Below, piece after piece: positions 9,380-20,399 of a stretch of DNA of 64,000 bases. The stretch spans positions 256,001 to 320,000 of the forward strand of contig CAVXVB010000005.1 of assembly GCA_963765205.1 (NCBI GenBank), given 5' to 3'. The notes beneath the pieces were generated by a model. That model was not told the origin of the DNA, ran no database searches, and saw nothing but the letters and a program-made list of their open reading frames with translations. The position numbers and the translations under genes were made by a program. Positions within the stretch are counted from its first letter, which is position 1. Each line of letters starts with the position of its first letter. The DNA comes from an uncultured Verrucomicrobiae bacterium (GTDB taxonomy: Bacteria > Verrucomicrobiota > Verrucomicrobiia > Opitutales > JABDGR01).

Positions 9380-9817
9380 ATGCTGTATGCCGATTCATGC
9401 TACATGGTAAAACATTACTGCCTTGAGCCCGGCAGCGCGGCGGTGCGCAAATTATTTACCAGTGAGACGGTGGCGTGTCTCGCCCTCGGGAAAGTGGAAT
9501 TGATCGCCACGTTTCACCGCAAGCTGCGCGAAGGCGCCATAGACCGGATCATGCTCGCGACGTTGTTGCGGCAACTGAATTTGGACGACGCAGCCAGGTT
9601 ATGGAATTGGCTGCCCGTAACGGTGGAATTATTAGACCATGCCTCCGCCACTTTTGCCGGATTGCCGGCTAATGTTTACCTGCGCACGCTTGACTCTCTG
9701 CATCTCGCCGCCGCCCGATCCGCGGGCCTGAAGGAAATTTATTCGAATGACCGCCATCTGCTCGCCGCCGCTCCACTGTTTGGTCTCCGGGGCATGAATG
9801 TGATAACCGCGCCTTAG
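9380..9817 (+). CDS. vapC: VapC PIN-domain toxin
   Basis: [35 protein letters not shown]. Confidence 0.88.
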   Translation: MLYADSCYMVKHYCLEPGSAAVRKLFTSETVACLALGKVELIATFHRKLREGAIDRIMLATLLRQLNLDDAARLWNWLPVTVELLDHASATFAGLPANVYLRTLDSLHLAAARSAGLKEIYSNDRHLLAAAPLFGLRGMNVITAP

Positions 9818-9864
9818 CATTTTCCTCTTTAATGCCGCCCGACAGCACGGCAGACTCACCGCTT

Positions 9865-10734
9865 ATGCAACTCATTGACGGCAATGCCATCGCCGAAGAC
9901 ATCCTCGCGCAAATCGCCGCCGAGGTTGCCCGCCTGCCCGGCCGCCCGCCGACCGTGGCGTTCGTGCGCGTGGGCGAGGACCCGGCGTCGGTGTCCTACG
10001 TCGCAAAGAAACAAAAAGTCGCCACCCAGGTCGGGATGCAGAGCCGCCTCGAGCTGTTCCCGGCCACAACCACCCAAGCCGAACTGCTCGCGAAAATTGA
10101 CCTGCTCAACCGTGACCCGTTGGTGGACGGCATCCTCGTGCAGTCGCCGCTGCCCAAGTCCATGGACGAGACCGCCGTTTTCAACCACGTCCACCCGGAC
10201 AAGGACGTGGACGGTTTCCACACGCTCAACCTCGGCAAGTTGGTGCAGGAAGACCCGAGCGGCTTCGTCGCCTGCACGCCGGCGGGCATCGTCGAGCTTA
10301 TCCGCCGCGCGAGCGTGGAGACGGACGGACGGCACGTCGTGGTCGTGGGCCGCAGCCTCATCGTCGGCAAACCGGTGGGCCTGCTGCTCCTGCAAAAAGG
10401 CCTGCCCGGCAACGCCACCGTCACCTTCTGCCACTCGCGCACGCGCGATCTGCCCGCCCTCACGCGCAGCGCGGACATCCTCATCGCCGCCATTGGCCGC
10501 CCGCGCTTCATCACGGTGGACATGGTGAAAGAAGGCGCGACGGTCATTGACGTCGGCATCAACCGCGTGCCCGACCCCTCGAAAAAATCCGGCCACCGCA
10601 TTGTGGGTGACGTGGACTTCGACGCCGTGGCGCCCCACGTGGCGCGCATCACGCCCGTGCCCGGCGGCGTCGGCCCGATGACCGTCGCCATGCTCATGTG
10701 CAACACCCTGAAGGCGTGGAAAAAACGCCTTTGA
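9865..10734 (+). CDS. folD: Bifunctional methylenetetrahydrofolate dehydrogenase/cyclohydrolase
   Basis: [36 protein letters not shown]. Confidence 0.97.
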   Translation: MQLIDGNAIAEDILAQIAAEVARLPGRPPTVAFVRVGEDPASVSYVAKKQKVATQVGMQSRLELFPATTTQAELLAKIDLLNRDPLVDGILVQSPLPKSMDETAVFNHVHPDKDVDGFHTLNLGKLVQEDPSGFVACTPAGIVELIRRASVETDGRHVVVVGRSLIVGKPVGLLLLQKGLPGNATVTFCHSRTRDLPALTRSADILIAAIGRPRFITVDMVKEGATVIDVGINRVPDPSKKSGHRIVGDVDFDAVAPHVARITPVPGGVGPMTVAMLMCNTLKAWKKRL

Positions 10735-10941
10735 ACATCGAACATCCAACGCTCAACATCCAACATTGTAGGATAAGAGAGTTGAACCATGGAGAACACG
10801 GGGGACACGGAGAGGTTTTTTCTTTGGCCCTCGACTATTTCGATGTTTGTTTTCCCATCACCTCAGTCGCCTCAGTCCCTCCGTCACCTCCGTAGTTGAT
10901 TTCATTGAGCGTTCGATGTTGAATGTTCGATGTTGGATATT
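10734..10941. repeat. Nested element: outer inverted heptamer arrays (AACATCC-type) enclosing inner inverted nonamer arrays (ACACGGAG-type)
   Basis: Five heptamers at 10734-10768 and five reverse units at 10907-10941; nonamers at 10785-10812 and 10862-10897. Confidence 0.85.
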
Positions 10942-10976
10942 TCTCCGTGCCTCCCACCGACACATCTGTTCCACCC

Positions 10977-11571
10977 ATGCTCGCCAACGTCAGGCGCCTC
11001 ACGCCGGCGCGGGTCTGGCGGCGCGCGGTGGCTTTGCTACTCGACACCGTGCTGGCCGCCAGTGTGGCCGCGATCCTCATTTTCAAAATCGTCCTCCCGC
11101 AGCAAGATCCCGATTACCGGAATGTCTTGCGCGAGCAGGAGCGGTCCGCCGTCACCCAAATCAAGGAAGTGATGGCCAAAGGCCAATACGCCACCTTGAA
11201 CCTGAGTGACGAATACATCGAAATCATCGGGTACCGCCGGTGTGACGCTATTCGCGGTGCTGCTGGTGTATTTTTCCGCCAGCGAGCTGTTCTTGGGTGG
11301 GGCCTCGCTGGGCAAGCGCGTCTTCGGCCTGCGGGTGGCGCGCTGCAGCACCGGGGAACCGCCGCTGGGGATCGAGTCCCTCTCGCGCTGCTCCTTCAAG
11401 GCCGCCAGCATGGTCGGCCTGTTACCGATTCTCTTCCTGGCCAACGCCCTGCCCATGCTCTTTCGCCCCACCCGCCGCGCGGGCCACGATTACCTGGCCC
11501 GCACCATCGTCACCGGCGACCCCCCGCCCCCCCCTACCCGCCGGCGGGGCGACGAGACGGATGACGATTAA
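10977..11571 (+). CDS. RDD-family membrane protein, frameshift near 11230
   Basis: ARVWRRAVALLLD, then another frame GASLGKRVFGLRV...RRAGHDYLARTIV. Confidence 0.8.
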
Positions 11572-11689
11572 TCGCATGGTCCGGCTTGCCCAGGAGCGGT
11601 TTTTACTTCACACTTATATTCTGCGCGGGACAAATTTGCCCGTCTCCGCGCTGCTCGGCTCCGGCCATCTTCCCCGATCCTTCCCACTC

Positions 11690-12832
11690 ATGTCGACCTC
11701 CGTCATGCCCCCTGTTTCGCTCAACCGCAAAAAGCCCGTCATCCTCGTGGTGGACGACCAGCCCATCAACATCAATTTGCTGGAGCGGAAATTGCAGCGT
11801 GAAAACATGGATGTCATCACGGCGGCCAATGGCCGGGAATGCATCGAAGCCATCAGCCGCATCACGCCCGACCTCATTTTGCTCGATGTGATGATGCCGG
11901 AAATGGACGGCATCGAAACCTGCGAACGCCTCAAGAAAAATCCCGACACCAACGCCATCCCGATCATTTTCATCACCGCCCGCTCCTCCAAGGAGGGCAA
12001 GCTCGAGGGCCTCAACGTCGGAGCGGTGGATTATATCACCAAGCCGATTGATCTCGACGAAACCATCGCGCGGGTGAAGACGCAGTTGCGCCTGCAGGAG
12101 GCGCACCGCGAAAATCTCGAACTGCAGCGCCGCCTTGGCGAATCGCGCCGCACCGCCGCCGTCGGCGCCGTCACGCAGGGCGTCGCCCATAATCTCAACA
12201 ACCTGCTTGGAGTCGCCGTCGGTTACCTCGACCTGTTGAAAACCGCCGCCGACAACCCGGAAATGGTACGCCGCAGCGTCACGCTCATAGACAGCGCGGT
12301 GGACCGCATGATTGATATCATCCGCCAGTTGAGCACCATCGCCTCCATCGAACGGCTGCCGATGCAGCCCGTTTCCGTGCAGGAACTGCTCGACTCCGCC
12401 GTGGCGCGCTTCCGCGAGGAATATAAAATCCTCAGCCCGATCATCATCCGCAATTTGACCACCAAAGGTTATATGCTGCGCACCAACCCGGAAATCCTGG
12501 AAAGCATTCTCGGCAAGCTGCTCATTAATGCTTTCGAGGCCCTGCCCAAAGGCGCCAACCCCGATGGCAAAGTGGAAATCGAGGCCCGCCTCGACCCGTC
12601 CGACGAAGAAAGCCCCCGCTTGGTCCTGCAAGTCCTCGACCGCGGCTGCGGCATTTCCCCCGAAGTGGTGGAAAACCTCTTCGATCCCTTCATCACCACC
12701 AAAACCGCCGTGGGCCGCGGCCTGGGCCTGACCATGGCCCGGCACGCCATCCGCAACCTCGGCGGCGATATCGAACTGCTCCCTCGGCCCGAAGGCGGCA
12801 CCATCGCCCGCCTGCACCACCCGGTGACGTAG
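11690..12832 (+). CDS. Hybrid receiver-histidine kinase
   Basis: VVDDQPIN, LLDVMMPEMDG; H-box AHNLNN; DRGCGI, FDPFITTK, GRGLGL. Confidence 0.92.
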   Translation: MSTSVMPPVSLNRKKPVILVVDDQPININLLERKLQRENMDVITAANGRECIEAISRITPDLILLDVMMPEMDGIETCERLKKNPDTNAIPIIFITARSSKEGKLEGLNVGAVDYITKPIDLDETIARVKTQLRLQEAHRENLELQRRLGESRRTAAVGAVTQGVAHNLNNLLGVAVGYLDLLKTAADNPEMVRRSVTLIDSAVDRMIDIIRQLSTIASIERLPMQPVSVQELLDSAVARFREEYKILSPIIIRNLTTKGYMLRTNPEILESILGKLLINAFEALPKGANPDGKVEIEARLDPSDEESPRLVLQVLDRGCGISPEVVENLFDPFITTKTAVGRGLGLTMARHAIRNLGGDIELLPRPEGGTIARLHHPVT

Positions 12833-12870
12833 GCTCTGGTTTAAACCCATGAACTTATTCAACCAGCCTT

Positions 12871-12946
12871 CCGTAGCGCGGTGCTTTAGCCCGCGTTGTG
12901 AGTCTAACGATTGTCCCAGAGCGCGGGCTAAAGCACCGCGCTACGG
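12871..12946. repeat. REP-doublet (REPIN-like) perfect 25-bp inverted repeat
   Basis: CCGTAGCGCGGTGCTTTAGCCCGCG, 26-nt spacer, then the exact reverse complement; each arm is GTAG plus a hairpin. Confidence 0.85.
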
Positions 12947-12990
12947 GTCCAGCCGGTTTTAAAATAACGCTTAAAGTTTGTTTTATTATT

Positions 12991-13055
12991 TTCACCGCGA
13001 AGGCGCGAAGAGCGCCAAGCAGGAGTTCTGTAAATTCCGTTAATTCCGTCAAAAA
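12991..13055. repeat. Family-A left arm joined to a TTCCGTTAA-type nonamer arm
   Basis: TTCACCGCGAAGGCGCGAAGAGCGCCAAG ... TTCTGTAAATTCCGTTAATTCCGTCAAAA. Confidence 0.65.
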
Positions 13056-13057
13056 AA

Positions 13058-13861
13058 ATGCCCCAAGTCGCATTCATTGGCGCCGGCAAAATGGCCTCGG
13101 CCATGGTGCGCGGGCTGCTCGCCCGCCACCTTTACCTGCCCGCGCAAATCGGCTGCACCTGCGGCGCCGACCCCACCGGCCCCGCCCTCGCCGCCCAAAC
13201 CGGCATCACCTACGAGACCGACCCGGCGCGCCTTTTGCGCCCGGCCGACCTTGTCGTGCTGGCCTGCAAACCGCAGCAGCTCGCCGGCCTCGACGCCACC
13301 TATACGCCGCTGACCAACGGCAAGCTCGTGCTCTCGATTCTCGCCGGCACGCCGCTGGCCAAGCTCAGCGCGAAATTTCCTGACGCGCGCAACCTCGTCC
13401 GCGCCATGCCCAACACGCCCGGCCAAATCGGCGCGGGCATCACGGCTTGGTGCGCGCGCGCCGCGCCCACCGCCGCCGACCGCGCCGCCATTGAAGGTAT
13501 TTTGGGCAGCCTCGGCGTTGTGCTCGAATTGCCCGAAACCCAGCTTGACGCCGTCACCGCCGTGAGTGGCAGCGGCCCGGCCTACCTCTTTGAATTTGCC
13601 GCGGCCTTTCGCGCGGCCGCCGTCGCCGCCGGCCTTCCGCCCGCCACGGCGGAAAAACTCGCCTTCGCCACCATCCACGGAGCGGCCCGGCTGCTCGAAA
13701 CCTCCGGCGAAGACCCGGAGCACCTGCGCGACGCCGTCACCTCGCCGGGCGGCACCACCGCCGCCGCGCTCCAGGTTTTCCAGGACGGACATTTCCGCCA
13801 ACTGTTTGCGGCCGCCGTCGCCGCCGCCAAGCGCCGCTCGGAAGAACTGGCGAAGTTGTAA
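13058..13861 (+). CDS. proC: Pyrroline-5-carboxylate reductase
   Basis: FIGAGKMA, VRAMPNTP, AVSGSGPAY, VTSPGGTT. Confidence 0.96.
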   Translation: MPQVAFIGAGKMASAMVRGLLARHLYLPAQIGCTCGADPTGPALAAQTGITYETDPARLLRPADLVVLACKPQQLAGLDATYTPLTNGKLVLSILAGTPLAKLSAKFPDARNLVRAMPNTPGQIGAGITAWCARAAPTAADRAAIEGILGSLGVVLELPETQLDAVTAVSGSGPAYLFEFAAAFRAAAVAAGLPPATAEKLAFATIHGAARLLETSGEDPEHLRDAVTSPGGTTAAALQVFQDGHFRQLFAAAVAAAKRRSEELAKL

Positions 13862-13862
13862 G

Positions 13863-13989
13863 AATTTAGGATTTATGATTTAAGATTTATGAAGTAGATT
13901 CAAAATGCAGGTTTTCTAGTTTCAGTTTTTGAAATTTGAAATTTCAAAATCGATTCTAATTTCTTAAATCCTAATTCATAAATCTTAAA
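13863..13989. repeat. Inverted heptamer arrays (GATTTAT / ATAAATC)
   Basis: AATTTAG GATTTAT GATTTAA GATTTAT ... TTAAATC CTAATTC ATAAATC. Confidence 0.8.
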
Positions 13990-14000
13990 GCTCCCCTCCC

Positions 14001-15065
14001 GTGCCGCGCAAATCTCCACCTTCTTTCTCCGCCGGCCGCGTCCTCGTCACCGGTGGCGCCGGCTTCATCGGCAGCGCGCTGATCTGGGCGCTGAACCAGC
14101 GCGGCGTGGACGACATTTTGGTGGCCGATTTCCTGGGCAACGACGACAAGTTCCTCAATCTCGTCCCGCTGCGCTTCGCGGATTATCTCGAAGCCGACCA
14201 CCTGCTTGCGGCGCTTGGCGGCCGGGAACCGCGCCTGCGCGGCGTGCGCTGGGTCTTTCACCTCGGCGCGTGCTCGGCCACCACCGAGCGCGACGCGCGC
14301 TACCTGCTGCAAAACAATTACGAATACACCAAGGCGCTCGCCGCCTGGTCGCTCAAAAACAAAAGCCGCTTCGTTTACGCCTCCTCGGCGGCCACTTACG
14401 GCGACGGCGCGCAGGGCATGGACGACCAGGACCCGGCGCTAGGCCGCCTGCGCCCGCTCAACCCCTACGGCTATTCCAAACACATCTTTGACCTGCACGC
14501 CCAGCGCGAAGGCTTCCTCGACCGCGTCGTCGGCCTGAAATACTTCAATGTCTTCGGCCCCAACGAAGGCCACAAAGGCGACATGCGCAGCGTCGTCCAC
14601 AAAGCCTTCCACCAAATCCAGGCGGACGGCCGCGTGCAGCTTTTCAAAAGCCGCCATCCCGATTATCCCGACGGCGGCCAGAAGCGCGATTTCCTCTACG
14701 TCAAGGACGCCGTGGCGATGACCCTCCACCTCGCCGGGACCCCGCGCGCCGGCGGATTGTTCAACATCGGCAGCGGCCTCGCGCACACCTGGCTGGAACT
14801 CGTCGCCCCGATTTTCGCCGCGCTCGGCCGCCCGCCCAAAATTGACTTCATTGACCTGCCGGAACACCTCCGCGCCAAATACCAGTATTTCACCCAGGCC
14901 CACATCGCCAAGCTGCGCGCCACTGGCTACACCGCGCCCATTACCCCCCTCGTCGCCGCCGTCACCGACTACGTGCGCAACTACTTGATCCCCGCGCGCC
15001 GGCTGGGCGATGAGCCGTCAGCAACCGCCCCGGCCCCGATCCGGCGTCCGGCTCACGCCACATAA
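14001..15065 (+). CDS. hldD: ADP-L-glycero-D-manno-heptose 6-epimerase
   Basis: VTGGAGFIGS, HLGACSATTE, YASSAATYG, PLNPYGYSK, YFNVFGPNEGHKGDM. Confidence 0.95.
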   Translation: MPRKSPPSFSAGRVLVTGGAGFIGSALIWALNQRGVDDILVADFLGNDDKFLNLVPLRFADYLEADHLLAALGGREPRLRGVRWVFHLGACSATTERDARYLLQNNYEYTKALAAWSLKNKSRFVYASSAATYGDGAQGMDDQDPALGRLRPLNPYGYSKHIFDLHAQREGFLDRVVGLKYFNVFGPNEGHKGDMRSVVHKAFHQIQADGRVQLFKSRHPDYPDGGQKRDFLYVKDAVAMTLHLAGTPRAGGLFNIGSGLAHTWLELVAPIFAALGRPPKIDFIDLPEHLRAKYQYFTQAHIAKLRATGYTAPITPLVAAVTDYVRNYLIPARRLGDEPSATAPAPIRRPAHAT

Positions 15066-15266
15066 ACCGCTTCTTTTTGCCTTGCCAATGCCGCGCGTTC
15101 GTCACAGGGTTTTCCCCGGAGATTCTGGCGGAATTATCCCCAGAACTCTGACCTCCCTCGTAAAAAGCGTGATATAATTGGGTAAAGCGAGCAATAATGG
15201 CCCTGGGTCTCACCCCTAGTCTTGCTTTCATCCAAAGATTCCTTATATTGCCGAAACAAAACTTTC

Positions 15267-15929
15267 ATGAAACGTGTTGTTCTCGTTGAAGACCAGGTAG
15301 CCGTCCGCGAGCTCCTCGCCACGGTGCTGCGCATGGACGACCAGTTTGAAATCGTCGCCGAATGTGGCGACGGGCAGACCGCCTGCTCCACCTGCCTTGA
15401 GCTCAAGCCCGATCTCGTCATCCTCGACGTGATGTTGCCCGGCCTCAACGGCGTGGACGTGCTCAAGCGCTTTTCTCGCCACCTCAAGAACACCCGCGTG
15501 CTGGTCTTTTCCGGGTTCCAGAATCCGACCCTCGTGCGCGAGTTGCTCCAGGCCGGCGCCCACGGCTTTGTCGAAAAATCCGCGCGCCTGGCCGAACTGC
15601 GCAAAGGCATCCAGACCGTCGCCGACGGCGGCACCTATTTCGGGCCGTTCATCGCCAGCCTCCTGCGCGAAGCCGTCGTCAACCCGCGCCAGTCCAACCG
15701 CCAGGACCTCGAATCCCTCACCGCGCGCGAACGCGAAATTTTGCAGCTCATCGCCGAAAGCTTCAGCACGAAGGAAATCGCCGCCAAACTCGAAGTCAGC
15801 GTCAAGACCGCCGAAAATCACCGCACGAACCTGATGAAAAAGCTCAACCTGCACGACGTGGCCAGCCTGACGCGCTTCGCCATCGAGCACGGCATGACCA
15901 GCGCCAATGTTTTGCCCACGGTAACGTAA
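15267..15929 (+). CDS. NarL/LuxR-family response regulator
   Basis: Receiver LVEDQ...[28 protein letters not shown]...KTAENHR. Confidence 0.93.
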   Translation: MKRVVLVEDQVAVRELLATVLRMDDQFEIVAECGDGQTACSTCLELKPDLVILDVMLPGLNGVDVLKRFSRHLKNTRVLVFSGFQNPTLVRELLQAGAHGFVEKSARLAELRKGIQTVADGGTYFGPFIASLLREAVVNPRQSNRQDLESLTAREREILQLIAESFSTKEIAAKLEVSVKTAENHRTNLMKKLNLHDVASLTRFAIEHGMTSANVLPTVT

Positions 15930-15951
15930 GACATTTAGATTTTTTGCTTCC

Positions 15952-17048
15952 TCACATCGCCCAGGCCTTGAGGGACGTGATGCGCGGGAATTGGGCTGGC
16001 AGGCGTTGCCAGGTGTCGCCGTCGTCCGCCGAATAAAACACTCGCCCATCGTCGTGCCGAAATAAATCCCCGCCGGCTCGAACGGGTCGGTCGTCATCGC
16101 GTCGCGCAGCACGCCGACATAGTGCGACTCCTGCGGCAGCCCCGCCGTGAGCAGCTGCCACGACGCGCCCCGGTCGCGCGAGCGCCACACTTTCAGCGCG
16201 CCATCCGGCACCACCCGGTTCTGATCGGCCTGCAACGGCACGACAAACAGGCTGCCCGGCGGCGTGGCCACAATCGGAAAACCAAAGTCGCTCGGCAAGC
16301 CGCTGGCAATCGAAGTCCAGGTATCGCCTGCGTCCGTGGATTTGAAGACGCCGCCGTGAAATTGCTGGTAGAGCACGCCGGGCGCGTGCGGATCGAGCGC
16401 CATCTTGTGGACACACCGGCCCATGTTCTCCGCCTTGATGAATGCGGGTGCGACGTTGTGGAGGTCGGTGTTGCACAACTGCCAGCTCGCGCCGCTGTCT
16501 TCACTGCGAAACACCCCCACGGCGGAGATCGCCACCCACAGCCGCCGCGGGTTGGACGGATCCACCAGAATCGTGTGCAAGCACAGCCCGCCGTTGCCCG
16601 GCGGCCAGTGAGGGCGCGTGGGGTGGCGCGTCAGCCCGTCCAATTCTGTCCAGGTGCGCCCGTCGTCCCGGCTGACGAATAGCCCGGCGTCGTCCACGCC
16701 TGCATACCAAGTATCCGGTTCCGCCGGATGACCCGGCACGATTTGCCAGATGTGCTTGAGCGTGGCCTGCGGCCCGGTGGGGTTCGCCGGCCCGCGCTTG
16801 ACTGTTTCCCAAGTGCCGCCCAGATCGCACGAAGCGCGCAGCGCGACGCCGTGCATGAAATTCCCCGCGCCGGCGAGCACGCGCCCCCGGCGGCTGTCCC
16901 CGCACAGGCTGTAAACGTCCCAACCCGCCAAGTGCGGGCCGGTCAGCTTCCACTGCTCGCGGCGCTCATCGGTATGGTAGAAAAACGCGCCCTTCGCCGT
17001 GGCGATGAGCAGCACGAGTTGGCGGGCGCGGGCCGGCGCGGAGAACAT
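15952..17048 (-). CDS. BNR/Asp-box beta-propeller (sialidase-like) protein, frameshift near 16040
   Basis: Repeated SxDxGxTW boxes; the C-terminus FYSADDGDTWQRL lies in a second frame. Confidence 0.8.
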
Positions 17049-17090
17049 GGCGGAGATTTGTCAAAAACCAGTCACGCGGGCAAGCCGTTT

Positions 17091-17786
17091 TCAATCCTCG
17101 GCAATCAATTTCGATTTGCGGAACGAATACGTTTTTTCCGCCGCGATAATGAGATGGTCAATCACCTTGATGCCGAGCGGCTGGCCGGCCAGTTGCAGCG
17201 CGCGCGTCAGGCGCTTGTCGTGGTCGGACGGCGTCACGTCGCCCGTCGGATGGTTGTGCGCGACGACGATGTGCGCGGCCTGTTTGCGCAGGGCCGACTC
17301 GATCACCTTGCGCGGGTAAACATTTGTCTCCGCGACCGTGCCTTCCTCGAGGCGCTCCACGCCATCCTCCAGCAGTTGGTAATGGTGGTTCAAATATGCG
17401 ACCTCGAAGACCTCGTGCCGCAGCGGCCCCAGCCGCACGCGCCAGAAATCCGCCAGCTTCTCGATGTTGTCCAGCACCGGGCGGCCCTCGACCGACTGGC
17501 GCAAATACAACGCCGCCGTCTCGCGCATGATGCGCAGCGCCACCGGCGCGACCGCGCCAATGCCGGGGACGTGCTGCAAATCCGCCACCGGCGCATCCAG
17601 CACCCCGCGCAAACTCCCAAACTGCTTGAGCAGCGCCTTGGCCATCGGCTTCACATCCCGCCGCGGAATGCACAACGTCAGCAGCAATTCGAGCACCTCG
17701 TAATCGGCCAGCGCCGCAAAGCCGCCCTTAAGGAAACGCTCGCGCAAACGCGCGCGATGGCCGGCATGGGACGGCGGCATGGACAT
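17091..17786 (-). CDS. radC: RadC-like JAB-domain protein
   Basis: GHRARLRERF, DYEVLELLL, AHNHPTGDVTPSDHD, DHLII. Confidence 0.94.
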   Translation of the reverse strand: MSMPPSHAGHRARLRERFLKGGFAALADYEVLELLLTLCIPRRDVKPMAKALLKQFGSLRGVLDAPVADLQHVPGIGAVAPVALRIMRETAALYLRQSVEGRPVLDNIEKLADFWRVRLGPLRHEVFEVAYLNHHYQLLEDGVERLEEGTVAETNVYPRKVIESALRKQAAHIVVAHNHPTGDVTPSDHDKRLTRALQLAGQPLGIKVIDHLIIAAEKTYSFRKSKLIAED

Positions 17787-18021
17787 GGCCCCAGCGTGGC
17801 CATCCGCCGGCCTGCTGGCAACCTTTCAGAAAGCCGAGGCCACCGTTGCTCGCCGACCCGGGCCACGCCAAAAGACAACGACCTCTTGCACAAGGTATAA
17901 AGGATGCGCGTCGCCAAACCGCCCGGGCAGGCATTCTTCAAAACGATTTTGCTTGTAGTAAAAATTGAATGCTGCTTTCTCCTTGAATGCATATCAGGGA
18001 AAAATTCCGGGAAAAATTATC

Positions 18022-20058
18022 ATGGAAACTGACCCAGAACGCAGCAAAAAATTGGAGCGAAAAGGCGTGTCCCGGGTTGCATCGGTGAATAAATTGGGTT
18101 CGTCCCACCCGCGGGAGCAAATCGCCGCCGCGCCCCCAGCTGCGCCGCTCCACCCCGCCGGCTGGGCCTCGCTGCTTGGGCAAAAAATCTGGCACATCGC
18201 CGAACCGCTTTCGCTCGCGTTGCTGTTTGGGTTTTTGCTCTGGAAAAGCTGGCGGCGGTGGCCGGAACCCCTGGTGGACTTTTCGCGCTATCTTTACGCT
18301 CCCTGGCGGATGAGCCAGGGCGCGTTGCTCTACCGGGAGTTGGTGGATGTATACGGGCCGCTTCCGCTCCTGGTCCAAGACGGGGCTTTTCGCCTCTTGG
18401 GGCCGGGGCTGGATGTAATCATCGGGTTGAATATCGTCGTGACGGTGGGCATCCTCGCGCTGGTGCGGGGGATTTTCCGCACGATTGGGGATGGCCTCAG
18501 TGGCTGGCTGTGCGGCGTGGTTTTCCTGGTGGTTTTCGCCGTGCCGTGTTATCCTAATTCCGACCGTTCACTATTTAACTATATCGCGCCGTATTCGTGC
18601 GAGGCCACCTGGGGATTGGGGGGCGTGTTGCTGACGGTTTACGCGCTGCTGCGGCACGCGGTCTCCGGCCGGCGGCGGTGGCTCCTTGGCGCGGGCCTCG
18701 GCCTGGGCATCGCCTTCCTGGACAAGCCCGAATTGTTGCTGGCCGCATTGGGCGCGCTGGGAACATACCTGGGGCTCGCGTTGCTGCAGGCGTGGCGGCA
18801 GGGGCGCGCGGAAGGGGCCGTCAAGCCAGGCCTGGTCCAGTTCGCGGGTTGGCTCGGCGGGGTGCTGGCTGGTTTTTTGGCGGCCTACCTGCCGGTGTTT
18901 TTGGTCCTCGCGCATGCGGGCGGCTGGGCTTACGGCTTCCGGGCGGCCAACGGGTCTCTCCAATTGATTTTCGATCCGGCTTACGTCCGGGTAGCCATGA
19001 CTCATTATCAAAGCGTGATGATGGGCTTTGACCACCCGTGGACAAATTTGCTCAACCATTTACAGTGGGGCCTGGCGCTGATCGGGTTTTGCGTGGTCGC
19101 GGGTTGGGCGGGGTGGGGCTGGCGCAAGGCGCAAGAAGCCGGCGAACCGGGCCGGGGGTTTGTCGGAGTGATGATGGCGCTGGGTTTTCTGGTCGTGCTC
19201 TTCACCGACTGGCTGGCCATCGGCCGCGCGTTGCTGTTGCCCACGGTATTGGCGGTTGTCATCACGGCCGGCGGGTCCCTGCGCGCTGCGTGGCAGGGGC
19301 GGGCGGGAAGGGATCGGCTGGCCGGCCTGGCGGTGGTGGCCATGGCGGCGATGCTCTTGCTGGTGCGGATCTTGTTGAATGTCCGCATCTACAATTACGG
19401 ATTTTTTCTGAGTGTGTTGGCGGCGCTCCTGCTGGTGCATGTCTTGGTTTACGAAATACCCTTGGGCTGTGGGCGCGCGGGAAAATCAAACAGCCTGCTG
19501 CAAATCGCCTTTGCCCTGCTCGTGATAATGGGCACGGCCCAATTGGGCCGGCTCTCGCTGGCCATGTACGGGCAGCGGAATTTCCCGGTCGGGCAGGGGC
19601 GGGATCGTTTTTATTCCTTCACCCGGGAGATCAACGACAATGGCGTCTTTCTTAACCAGATCGTTAAAGTCATCCAGGATCATTTCGGCCAGGTCAAAAC
19701 GGTGGTGGCCTTTCCGGAAAGCATGGGCGTGAATTATTACCTGCGAAAAATCAACCCCGTGGCGGACATGCAGTTCCACCCCGACGTGCTCCGCCTGACC
19801 GGACCCGATAAAATTGTGGCCGAACTGACGGCCCATCCGCCGGAGGCCGTGGTGCTGTTCGCTCTTGATCTGACCGAATATGACGCCGCCTATTTCGGGG
19901 CCGATGACGCCAGCGGCAAGTCCATCCTGGACTGGGTGAAATCAAATTACGCGCCAGCTTATATCGCCGGGAACAGTTCGTTCTCGGCCACCGGCCATGC
20001 CATTGATATCTATATCCGCCGGGACCTCGTACCGGCCTACTCCGGTGGGTCGCAGTGA
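18022..20058 (+). CDS. Polytopic membrane protein, probable GT-C glycosyltransferase
   Basis: Many TM helices; GALLYRELVDVYGPL and AFLDKPE motifs; start uncertain. Confidence 0.65.
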   Translation: METDPERSKKLERKGVSRVASVNKLGSSHPREQIAAAPPAAPLHPAGWASLLGQKIWHIAEPLSLALLFGFLLWKSWRRWPEPLVDFSRYLYAPWRMSQGALLYRELVDVYGPLPLLVQDGAFRLLGPGLDVIIGLNIVVTVGILALVRGIFRTIGDGLSGWLCGVVFLVVFAVPCYPNSDRSLFNYIAPYSCEATWGLGGVLLTVYALLRHAVSGRRRWLLGAGLGLGIAFLDKPELLLAALGALGTYLGLALLQAWRQGRAEGAVKPGLVQFAGWLGGVLAGFLAAYLPVFLVLAHAGGWAYGFRAANGSLQLIFDPAYVRVAMTHYQSVMMGFDHPWTNLLNHLQWGLALIGFCVVAGWAGWGWRKAQEAGEPGRGFVGVMMALGFLVVLFTDWLAIGRALLLPTVLAVVITAGGSLRAAWQGRAGRDRLAGLAVVAMAAMLLLVRILLNVRIYNYGFFLSVLAALLLVHVLVYEIPLGCGRAGKSNSLLQIAFALLVIMGTAQLGRLSLAMYGQRNFPVGQGRDRFYSFTREINDNGVFLNQIVKVIQDHFGQVKTVVAFPESMGVNYYLRKINPVADMQFHPDVLRLTGPDKIVAELTAHPPEAVVLFALDLTEYDAAYFGADDASGKSILDWVKSNYAPAYIAGNSSFSATGHAIDIYIRRDLVPAYSGGSQ

Positions 20059-20399
20059 CCAGGCCGGCGCCTTGCAGGGTGAGCGGCGTGGTATCAATCG
20101 GCCTCCCCTGTCCCCGGCCACCTCGATAAAGCTGCTTGCGACAGGCCATTGGCGGGTCGCCGGCAGCGAGTGGTCAAGGGTGATTATTTTCTGCCTGCGG
20201 TAATTTTGTGGCAATAATTTCACAAAGCACCAGGGATGCCGCTGCCCACCGCTGCGCCGGGCGCGGCCGGCTTGTGGTAAGTCATGCTCAAACGCTCTTG
20301 ACAATGGAAGTGGATTAGGATGAAACCATATCCAAGAGAGCATGGACGATGCGATTCTCTGGTTTTGGACTAAGCGTGTTCCCTAACATCTTTCGAGTC

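Noticed and set aside
15243..17048. 601-aa ORF overlapping the NarL regulator
   Set aside because: Artefact of the frameshift near 16040; the tail is the antisense of the regulator
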